A stretch of DNA of 64,000 nucleotides, from the NCBI GenBank assembly GCA_002269645.1, contig NIVC01003030.1, forward strand, positions 60,468 to 124,467. The letters run 5' to 3'. Shown here in pieces: positions 35,501-46,084 of this stretch (position 1 is the stretch's first letter; each line of letters opens with the position of its first letter). Both the position numbers and the translations under genes were made by a program. The notes beneath the pieces were generated by a model. That model worked only from the letters and a program-made list of their open reading frames with translations. It made no database searches and was not told the origin of the DNA. Source of the DNA: Macrostomum lignano (taxonomy: Eukaryota).

Positions 35501-38500
35501 TCACTTGCACAGTCACTGAGTCACTTGCACAGTCACTGAGTCACTTGCACCGTCACTGAGTCACATGCACAGTCACTGAGTCACTTGCACAATCACTGAG
35601 TCACTTGCATAGTCACTGAGTCACTTGCACAATCACTGAGTCACTTGCACAGTCACTGAGTCACTTGCACAATCACTGAGTCACTTGCACAGTCACTGAG
35701 TCACTTGCACAGTCACTGAGTCACTTGCACAGTCACTGAGTCACTTGCACCGTCACTGAGTCACTTGCACAGTCACTGAGTCACTTGCACAATCACTGAG
35801 TCACTTGCATAGTCACTGAGTCACTTGCACAGTCACTGAGTCACTTGCACAATCACTGAGTCACTTGCATAGTCACTGAGTCACTTGCATAGTCACTGAG
35901 TCACTTGCACAATCACTGAGTCACTTGCACAATCACTGAGTCACTTGCATAGTCACTGAGTCACTTGCACAATCACTGAGTCACTTGCACAATCACTGAG
36001 TCACTTGCACAATCACTGAGTCACTTGCACCGTCACTGAGTCACTTGCACAGTCACTGAGTCACTTGCACAATCACTGAGTCACTTGCATAGTCACTGAG
36101 TCACTTGCACAATCACTGAGTCACTTGCACAGTCACTGAGTCACTTGCACAATCACTGAGTCACTTGCACAGTCACTGAGTCACTTGCACAGTCACTGAG
36201 TCACTTGCACCGTCACTGAGTCACTTGCACAGTCACTGAGTCACTTGCACAATCACTGAGTCACTTGCATAGTCACTGAGTCACTTGCACAATCACTGAG
36301 TCACTTGCACAGTCACTGAGTCACTTGCACCGTCACTGAGTCACTTGCACAGTCACTGAGTCACTTACACAGTCACTGAGTCACTTGCATAGTCACTGAG
36401 TCACTTGCACAATCACTGAGTCACTTGCACAGTTACTGAGTGTCGTCTACTTAACGTTTGAATTACGCTTTTGTCATAGTTTTCTTCCTGCTAATCAAAA
36501 CCAGCTCATTAATCTGCATTTAAAATTCTCCCTGGCAATAAGCGATCATTCTTCACTGCAGGGCTACGCCAGCCGTGTTGTAGACATAGCATTCGCTCAC
36601 ATCGACGACCTGCCAATCCTTGCTTCGGTTGACGGTCACGGCACTGTGCACGTCGATCTCATTCAAGACTCGCACAGCGCCGAGTCATTGCTTACCCGCC
36701 GTCTGGTGACGGTCACGCGCAGCGGCGGCCGAGTGTCCGAGTACCACCGACTCACCTGGTGTCCCTATATTGCTGACGCCGACGACGCCGACGACGAGGA
36801 CGAGGAGGACGAAGACGATGATTTGAGTGGCGGCGGACAGAACGGAGCCTCCGCTGAGAGTCGGCGAAGCGCCAAGGCTCGTCTGCTGGCTGTGACGCAC
36901 GACAACGAGCTGAACCTGCTGGATGTGCAGAAACTGGTGTCCACCTATGCTGGCCAGGTTGTGGACTCGGACAGCCTGGATGAGCATTTTGTCAAGTTTC
37001 AGAATCACAGCCAGGTGAGGAAATTGGGAATTTAGGGGTTTCTAAGGTATTTGTATACGGGAGGTGATGCTCAGGTGTGCGATTCTCATGGTGCACAGGT
37101 GTGCGATTCTCATGGTGCACAGGTGTGCGATTCTCATGGTGCACAGGTGTGCGATTCTCATGGTGCACAGGTGGGCAATTCTCATGGTGCACAGGTGGGC
37201 AATTCTCATGGTGCACAGGTGGGCAATTCTCATGGTGCACAGGTGTGCGATTCTCATGGTGCACAGGTGTGCGATGACTTCATAGCCATGCCCCTCATGG
37301 TGCACAGGTGGGCGATTCTCATGCTTTGTTAATTACATTTGTAACTAAAAATAATTTTGCCGCAGCCAATCATGGACCTGGCCATCAGTCCGGAGGGCGG
37401 CCTGGTCGCCACCTGCGGTCTAGACGGTATCGTGTACTTCTTTCAAGTTGAATGGGAAGACGGACTGTTGCAGGCTAGGTAAGAGAAATGAATCTCTTTG
37501 ATATGCTTCGCTCTTTTCCTCAGGCCAGCTATAAACTGTTATTGACTTCTCTTATCGTTCGCAGTCAAATGCCCGATCCGTGGAAGCCGCACGAGGGCAG
37601 GCCGGTCTATCGCGTGCTATTCTTGGACGATGTGCGCGGCGTTAAAAAGGAGTGAGTGTACTTCAAGCCTAGTTTTAATGTACATTGGCTAGCATCGGCA
37701 AGCACTCCCCCATGCTGGTCTCTTAATGTACATTGGCTAGCATCGGCAAGCACTCCCCCATGCCGGGCCCTCAATGTACATTGGCTAGCATCGGCAAGCA
37801 CTCCCCCATGCCGGGCCCTCAGTGTACATTGGCTAGCATCGGCAAGCACTCCCCCATGCCGGACCCTCAATGTACATTGGCTAGCATCGGCAAGCACTCC
37901 CCATGCCGGGCCCTCAATGTACATTGGCTAGCATCGGCAAGCACTCCCCCATGCCGGACCCTCAATGTACATTGGCTAGCATCGGCAAGCACTCCCCATG
38001 CCGGGCCCTCAATGTACACTGGCTAGCATCGGCAAGCACTCCCCCATGCCGGGCCCTCAATGTACATTGGCTAGCATCGGCAAGCACTCCCCCATGCCGG
38101 GCCCTCAATGTACATTGGCTAGCATCGGCAAGCACTCCCCCATGCTGGCCTCTCAGTGTACATTGGCTAGCATCGGCAAGCACTCCCCCAGCCGGACCCT
38201 CAATGTACATTGGCTAGCATCGGCAAGCACTCCCCCATGCCGGGCCCTCAATGTACATTGGCTAGCATCGGCAAGCACTCCCCCATGCCGGACCCTCAAT
38301 GTACATTGGCTAGCATCGGCAAGCACTCCCCCATGCCGGACCCTCAATGTACATTGGCTAGCATCGGCAAGCACTCCCCCATGCCGGACCCTCAATGTAC
38401 ATTGGCTAGCATCGGCAAGCACTCCCCCATGCCGGACCCTCAATGTACATTGGCTAGCATCGGCAAGCACTCCCCCATGCCGGACCCTCAATGTACATTG

Positions 38501-41500
38501 GCTAGCATCGGCAAGCACTCCCCCATGCCGGACCCTCAATGTACATTGGCTAGCATCGGCAAGCACTCCCCATGCCGGGCCCTCAATGTACATTGGCTAG
38601 CATCGGCAAGCACTCCCCCATGCCGGACCCTCAATGTACATTGGCTAGCATCGGCAAGCACTCCCCATGCTGGTCTCTTAATGTACATTGGCTAGCATCG
38701 GCAAGCACTCCCCCATGCCGGGCCCTCAATGTACATTGGCTAGCATCGGCAAGCACTCCCCCATGCCGGGCCCTCAGTGTACATTGGCTAGCATCGGCAA
38801 GCACTCCCCCATGCTGGCCTCTCAGTGTACATTGGCTAGCATCGGCAAGCACTCCCCCAGCCGGACCCTCAATGTACATTGGCTAGCATCGGCAAGCACT
38901 CCCCCATGCCGGGCCCTCAATGTACATTGGCTAGCATCGGCAAGCACTCCCCCATGCCGGGCCCTCAATGTACATTGGCTAGCATCGGCAAGCACTCCCC
39001 CATGCCGGACCCTCAATGTACATTGGCTAGCATCGGCAAGCACTCCCCCATGCCGGACCCTCAATGTACATTGGCTAGCATCGGCAAGCACTCCCCCATG
39101 CCGGACCCTCAATGTACATTGGCTAGCATCGGCAAGCACTCCCCCATGCCGGACCCTCAATGTACATTGGCTAGCATCGGCAAGCACTCCCCCATGCCGG
39201 ACCCTCAATGTACATTGGCTAGCATCGGCAAGCACTCCCCCATGCCGGCTCCCATTACAGCGTACAGTTCTGCTGCCACGCCATCACCTGCGGCGAGTTC
39301 AACCGCGAATTGAAACTGTGGCGCATGGACAACTGGGCCTGCCTGCAGACTCTCCAATTCGCTTCGCCGGCCGGCGAACGTCCGCCTGAATTGAAAATCG
39401 CCTGCGACTCCAGCGGCCGATATGTTGTGCTAACTGACTCCACCCGGTCGGTGTTCTACGTGGCCGAGTTCTCCTCGACTGACGCAGGCGGCGGACCGGC
39501 GCTGACCTGCCTGACCGAATTTGTCATCGCCGATCCGTGCATTGATTTCTCCATCGCCTCGCTTAAGCCTGCCAAATCAACTGCCGCGCTGGCTTCCACT
39601 GGCGCGATTGGCAGCGGAGAGTCTGCCCAGACTCTGCACCTGCAGACGGTGAGCCGCTGCGATCTGTATTCTCCCTAATTACACAGTGAACTCGCAATTT
39701 TTCTCTGCATAAACTGATCAAATGGTTATTTAATTACTGGTAGGGAGCGAATAAGTCACTTAACTGTGTAGGTCAACGTAGGTCAACTTGGGTCGATCAG
39801 TGGGTCAGAAAATGGCTCAATGATTATGTAAATGAATTGTTCAAAGACTGAATTTATCAGTGGGTCAAAGAATAGGTTAATCAGTAGGTCAATAACTGGG
39901 TCAACGAATGGGTCAATCAGTGGGTCAACAAATAGGCCAATCAGTGGACCAACAAGTGGGTCAACAAATAGGCCAATCAGTGGATCAACAAGTGGGTCAA
40001 CAAATAGGCCAATCAGTGGACCAACAAGTGGGTCAACAAATAGGCCAATCAGTGGATCAACAAGTGGGTCAACAAATAGGCCAATCAGTGGATCAACAAG
40101 TGGGTCAAAGAATGGGTCAATCAGTGGGTCAAAGAAAGGGTCAATCAGTGGGTCAACGATTGGTTCAATCAATGGGTCAATCAGTGGGTCAAAGAATGGG
40201 TCAATCAGTAGGTCAAAGAATGGGTCAGCCAGTGGGTCAACGAATGGGTCAGCCAGTGGGTCAACGAATGGGTCAATCAGTAGGACAAAAAATGGGTCAA
40301 TCAGTGGGTCAGCAGAGGGGATAATTCAATAAGTCAACGAATGGGTCAATCAAGGTTTTGACGAATGATTCAGTGGGTGGATTATCGAATGAGCCATTTA
40401 GTAGGTCGTTCTAAGAACTAATATTGAACTTACTCGGTATCGTTTATAACAAAAACTCCCAAGTCATTTTCAATAATTAAGAGAATGAACATGATAAACA
40501 CTTTCTCCCTTCTCTCTTTACCAGGTGGGCCCCAGAGCCCTGCAGAATCACTTCATAACCTTCGCTCCGTCGTTCGCCTCCGGTGCGGCGCCGTCTTCGC
40601 CAGCCGCCGCTGCCTCGTCGGGGCCGGCGTCAGCGGCCGCCACGCCGCGCAGTCTGGGCAATTCCACCGACGTCGATCTGCTGTTGGCATCCGGCAGCAG
40701 CGCGGCCGGTAGCGGCGGTTTCGGCCGAGCCGGCACGGCTGTCGATAGTTCCACCGTTACCATAGTAACCGGACTAGCGTCACCAGTTGGCAGCTCAGTT
40801 GTCGGCAGTCGGGACGTTGCCGCGGCCGCCGTCGCCGCTTCCGCCGCTGCCGACGCCGCTGCTGACGTCGATGACGCTGAGCCTGCTGACGATGACGCCG
40901 AGGTGTCGCAGCTGATGTCGCAGCGCGCGACAGACGCCGGAGACGACGCTATCGACATGCCACCGCCGCCGCCGACCAACGGCGACGAAGAGGACGACAC
41001 TAATGCCATCGAGCCAGACGAAGATGACGACGAAGGCGATGAAGACGATGATGAAGAAGGGCAGCAAGACGAGGGAGAGGCTGGAGGTCAGCAGCGAGAC
41101 GACCTGGCCGACTTGGCGGCTGCCGCGGTGGCTGCGGCGGCGGACAGCGGGGGTGCCGGCGATCGGCCGAGCTCAGCGCCGAAAAAGTCCCCAGTTACGA
41201 ATATCGCGTCGTCGAACTCGGCGCTGACAGCCGCTGTCGCGTCGGCGGCGTCGTCGGCCGCTGCGTCGGCTATCGGCTCAGCGGTTGGCGACCTTCGCCA
41301 GCTGGCCGAGGCTTCCAGGCTGCAGTCGCAGCAGCTAGCTGAACTCCAGCGCCAAGTGGCCGGCCAGGCAGCCCAGCTGGCCTTGCTGGCTGATCAGCAC
41401 CGGCAGGCGGAGCGGCAGCTTCGATCAGATCAGCAGGACACCCTGGCCGGTATCCGGCAGGCTGCGCTGACTTCGCTTGACCGGCTGCAGCAGGAGGTCC

Positions 41501-44500
41501 GCGACGAGGTGCACCGGGAGATGTCGGCTACGAATGCCGCCGTCCAGGAAAATATCACTAAGTTTATTCGATCGAAAGGCACCGTCGATACTATTGGCAA
41601 AACCACTGCTCAGTGTGTGCAGGTGAGCAGATCTTTCTATGTTTTGATTGCTGTTTCTTTAGTTCTTAGTTTGTTAGTTTAGCTACTTGTTAGTTAGTCA
41701 ATTAGTCACTTAGCTACTCAGTCAGCCGGTCAGTTGGCTACTCAACTAGCTACTCAGCTAGCTACTCAACTGGCTACTCAGCTAGCTACTCAGTTAGCTA
41801 CTCAGTTGGCTATTCAGCTAACTACTCAGTTGGCTACTCAGTTAGCTACTCAGCTACTCAGCTACTCAGTTAGCTACTCAGTTAGCTACTCAGTTAGCTA
41901 CTCAGCTACTCAGCTAGTTCCGTTCGTCACCCGCGCAGCGGAATCGAACATTGGTATTTATTGTTTCTCTACAACCAATTTGCAATCCAGGGCCCCCTGG
42001 TGAATGCCTACAAGGACATGTGCAACAACCTGTTGTTCCCCCGGCTGGAACAGATGAGCCAGGAGCTGTTCACGCAGCTTAACACCGCTTTCAGCGCCGG
42101 TCTCAACGAACTCATAGCTAAGGTGCGTGAAGAGACCGAGGCCATTGCCAGAGAGCAGACTCTGGTTAAGAACAAGGAGATTAGCAGTCTGAAAGCTGCC
42201 TGCACCGATGTGAAATCTGATCTGCGCTCCACTGCCGAGTCTATTCGGAAAGAGGTGAGAATGCCGTTTTTTAGATAATCGCTATCTACTCAGATACTCA
42301 GCTACTCAGCTAGCTACTTAGTCAGCTACTCAGTCAGCTACTCAACTATCCAATCAGCTACTCAGTCAGCTACTTAACTATCCAATCAGCTACTCAGCTA
42401 GCTACTTAGTCAGCTACTCAACTATCCAATCAGCTACTCAGTCAGCTACTCAGTCAGCTACTCAACTATCCAATCAGCTACTCAGCTAGCTACTTAGTCA
42501 GCTACTTAGTCAGCTACTTAGTCAGCTACTCAACTATCCAATCAGCTACTCAGCTAGCTACTTAGTCAGCTACTCAACTATCCAATCAGCTACTCAGTCA
42601 GCTACTCAGTCAGCTACTCAACTATCCAATCAGCTACTCAGCTAGCTACTTAGTCAGCTACTCAACTATCCAATCAGCTACTCAGCTAGCTACTTAGTCA
42701 GCTACTCAGTCAGCTACTCAAATATCCAATCAGCTACTCAGCTAGCTACTGGGTCAGCTACTCAGCTATCCAATCAGCTACTCAGCTAGCTACTCAGTCA
42801 GCTACTCAGTCAGCTACTCAACTAGCTACTTAGTCATCTACTCAGCTAGCTACTTAGTTAGCTACTCATCTAGCTACTTAGTTAGCTACTTGTTAGCTAC
42901 TTAGTAGCTTCTCGAACCATCGTGATAGTCGCCTTCAACTCGGCCTTTCAACCGCCAGAATAACCAACCAGGATTACATCGATAATCCCCTTCCCTAAAT
43001 ATTCCCTCTCAGGTTGACAACTCCCTGGCCCGTCTGGGCGAACAGCAGCAGCAGCAGCAGCGCCAATTTCTGGAACAACACCAGCGGCTGATGCAGGAGC
43101 AGCAGCAGATGTTCCAACAACAAATGCAGCAACAGATGCAACAGCTGTTCCAGCAGCAGCAGCAGCAGCAGCAGGACACACAGCAGCAACAGCAGCAGGA
43201 CACACAGCAGCAACAGCAGCAACGCCTGGCTCTGCGCTCAACCCTGGTGACGCCGGTGCCGCAGAAGCAGCAGGAGCAACGCCGCATAGAAGACTATCGC
43301 GAGGCGGTGAACTCGGCTTTGGCTATGCAAGACTACAATCGGGCTTTCAAGGAGGCACTGTCCTCTACTAGACTCGAACTGGTGCTGGATCTGTGCAACA
43401 GAGTCAAGCCTTCTGACCTGTTCCGGTCGCCCAATCTGGAGCAGCAGGTTATCTTGTCGCTGATTCAGCAGCTGGGACGAAACCTGCTTGAGCGGACCAA
43501 GTTGAAGTGCGACTATCTGCAGGTAACCGAGTGGGTCGGGTCATGAGTGGTCATTGAGTCATTGAGCGAGTCATTCAGTGTCATTGAATGCATCGAGTCA
43601 TCAGTAGGTAGGTCATTAGTGGGTCGTTATAACTGAGTTAGTCAATAGGTCATTGAGTGAGTCACTGTGTTGCATTGAGTGAGTCACTGTGTTGCATTGA
43701 GTGAGTCACTGTGTGGCATTGAGTGAGTCACTGTGTTGCATTGAGTGAGTCACTGTCTGGCATTGAGTGAGTCAGTGTTGCATTGAGTGAGTCACTGTTG
43801 CATTGAGTGAGTCACTGTCTAGCATTGAGTGAGTCATTGTGTGGCATTGAGTGAGTCACTGTGTTGCATTGAGTGAGTCACTGTGTTGCATTGAGTGAGT
43901 CACTGTCTGGCATTGAGTGAGTCAGTGTTGCATTGAGTGAGTCACTGTTGCATTGAGTGAGTCACTGTCTAGCATTGAGTGAGTCATTGTGTGGCATTGA
44001 GTGAGTCACTGTGTTGCATTGAGTGAGTCATTGTGTTGCATTGAGTGAGCACTGTGTTGCATTGAGTGAGTCATTGTGTTGCATTGAGTGAGCACTGTGT
44101 TGCATTGAGTGAGTCACTGTGTTGCATTGAGTGAGCACTGTGTTGCATTGAGTGAGTCACTGTGTTGCATTGAGTGAGTCACTGTGTTGCATTGAGTGAG
44201 TCACTGTGTTGCATTGAGTGGGTCACTGTGTGGCATTGAGTGAGTCACTGTGTTGCATTGAGTGAGTCACTGTGTTGCATTGAGTGAGTCACTGTGTTGC
44301 ATTGAGTGGGTCACTGTGTTGCATTGAGTGAGTCACTGTGTTGCATTGAGTGAGTCACTGTGTTGCATTGAGTGAGTCACTGTGTTGCATTGAGTGGGTC
44401 ACTGTGTGGCATTGAGTGAGTCACTGTGGCACTGAGTGAGTCATTGAGCCGCCCCATCCCGCAACCCACCCGAACCCAGGAGTCATTCGACTATCTCCGC

Positions 44501-44662
44501 CCAGAGGAGTCGGTGGTCCGCGAGCACGGCAAGCGAGTACTGCAGCACCTGGTCAAACGAATTGACGAGCTGAACTGCGACCCCACCGACCAGTTCGCTT
44601 ACCGCACGGTTCGACGAGTCCGCATGCTGGCTACCGGATTCATCAATGAGCACCTGGTGTAG
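32579..44662 (+). CDS. EDC4: Enhancer of mRNA-decapping protein 4 (Ge-1/Varicose)
   Basis: Exons 32579-32589 (inferred micro-exon), 34739-35063, 36562-37014, 37366-37478, 37565-37651, 39261-39648, 40525-41622, 41991-42254, 43013-43522, 44480-44662; phases consistent. WD40 motifs (FAWTQQFYNGHLVA, VVDIAFAH, WKPHEGRPV, NRELKLW..W.CLQTLQF), a low-complexity linker, coiled coil and conserved C-terminus (QQVILSLIQQLG). Confidence 0.92.
33045..33655. repeat. 21-mer array containing TTAGGG (TTTAGGGCTGATTCTCTATGG), EDC4 intron 1
   Basis: Direct reading. Confidence 0.95.
33990..34680. repeat. 16-mer array (GGGTCAGTGACTGTTT), EDC4 intron 1
   Basis: Direct reading. Confidence 0.95.
35125..36440. repeat. 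20-mer array (CACTTGCACAGTCACTGAGT), EDC4 intron 2
   Basis: Highly homogeneous. Confidence 0.97.
37070..37320. repeat. 24-mer array (GTGTGCGATTCTCATGGTGCACAG), EDC4 intron 3
   Basis: Direct reading. Confidence 0.95.
37675..39250. repeat. 47-48-mer array (CCTCAATGTACATTGGCTAGCATCGGCAAGCACTCCCCCATGCCGGAC), EDC4 intron 5
   Basis: About 33 near-identical copies with no unique spacers. Confidence 0.97.
39785..40380. repeat. GGGTCAA-core 12/36-mer array, EDC4 intron 6
   Basis: Direct reading. Confidence 0.9.
41690..42905. repeat. CAGCTACT-core arrays in EDC4 introns 7 (41690-41915) and 8 (42290-42905)
   Basis: The same core occurs on both sides of exon 41991-42254 and again at 45950-46030. Confidence 0.9.
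43640..44440. repeat. 22-mer array (GTGTTGCATTGAGTGAGTCACT), last EDC4 intron
   Basis: Direct reading. Confidence 0.96.
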
Positions 44663-45229
44663 ATCGCGCTGGGCTGGATTCTCCGCATTTCTTAAACACA
44701 ATTCGACTCTAACATGAAGTTAGCGACAGTTTTATGGACTCTGTAGTGCAAGTGTTTTATTAGCAGTTTTACTGTTCAAATTTGTTGTTTCAAAAGTTGG
44801 CGTTATTTTATTACTGTTGTTTATTCAGAATTAATATTTATGCCGCTAACCGCAGCTGGTACTGCTGCTGTGTGTCTCTTCTCTCGCCTCTCTACTCTCT
44901 TACCTCCCTTTCCTTCTCTCTCCCCCTCCCCTCTCCTCCTCCTCCCCTCTCCCCCCCTCTCCTCTCCTCCCCCGTTCTAGTGTGTCTATATGTTGATAAC
45001 TACGATATAGTATCTCTGTACATGCCAATCTGAGGCCGTACTATAGCTTGTAGCAACCGGTGCGTGTGCTAAGGTGTTGCTTTAATATATACGTATACAT
45101 GTACCTGTGTGGCTATTTTCTTATTCAGCAGCTCTCAGTCTCGTTGCTTTTGTTACTTTTTTAAAACTTCCCGTGTCCCCTTGTTTCTTTGTTACTTAAC
45201 CTCTGTTCCGCCGCTTGCTTGGCCGAGTA

Positions 45230-45235
45230 AATAAA
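45230..45235 (+). promoter_or_regulatory. Candidate EDC4 polyadenylation signal
   Basis: AATAAA about 570 nt after the EDC4 stop, followed by a T-rich tract and an acceptor-like TTTTTTTGTACCCTTAG ending at 45282. Confidence 0.45.
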
Positions 45236-45357
45236 ATATGTTTTTACTAAAAAACAATATTGGAATTTTTTTGTACCCTTAGTCTGCTTTGTTTTACTTT
45301 GCTGTTAGCTGCTAATTGAGATAGTATTAGTAGAAGGGCTGAGCTACATCAAAGACA

Positions 45358-45381
45358 CTACTACTACTACTACTACTACTG

Positions 45382-45423
<42 letters not shown>

Positions 45424-45460
45424 TTACTACTACTGCTACTACTTTTACTACTACTACTAT

Positions 45461-45494
<34 letters not shown>

Positions 45495-45567
45495 GCTGCT
45501 ACTACTACTACTACTACTACTGCTGCTACTACTACTACTACTACTACTACTAATACTACTACTACTG

Positions 45568-45609
<42 letters not shown>

Positions 45610-45669
45610 TTACTACTACTGCTACTACTTTTACTACTACTACTACTATTACTACTACTACTACTACTG

Positions 45670-45747
<78 letters not shown>

Positions 45748-45748
45748 G
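45358..45748. repeat. (CTA)n microsatellite between EDC4 and the TMEM192 coding exon
   Basis: Direct reading. Confidence 0.97.
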
Positions 45749-46084
45749 TCTGTTAGAAAGTCAGGGCCGCTGTGCATTCTGTGTGACCCCTGCCAGCGCA
45801 ATGGGCATGAAAGGCTTGTTGCCTTTCCACTGGCTGCGGGTCGACTGTCGTCTTAATTTGCGACAGCGCCCAAAGACCCCCCAAACTGACTACTGTTATT
45901 AATTGGAGTAGTATTATTGTATTTGTACTATGCATGCATGCCTAAGCACTACTATGTTATCTACTCAGTTAGCTACTCAATTAGCTACTCAATTAGCTAC
46001 TCAGTTATCTACTCAGTCAGCTACTCAGCCAGCGGAGTAAATCTAAAAAGAGTCATAACAAAAACGACTTCTGTCTTCGCTAAG

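Noticed and set aside
37607-39389. Regular 47-48-nt repeats resembling a CRISPR array, and the long periodic ORFs over them
   Set aside because: There are no unique spacers or cas genes; this is an intronic minisatellite in a eukaryotic gene, and the ORFs are open only because the unit lacks stops.
43025-43225. CAG/poly-Q tract in EDC4 (and similar tracts in YTHDC1)
   Set aside because: In-frame low-complexity coding sequence typical of these proteins; not unusual.
45751-45900. Possible snRNA/snoRNA or SL RNA gene around TTAGAAAGTCAGGGCCGCTG
   Set aside because: No Sm site, box C/D or H/ACA architecture, or leader-donor structure could be identified; treated as a dispersed repeat.
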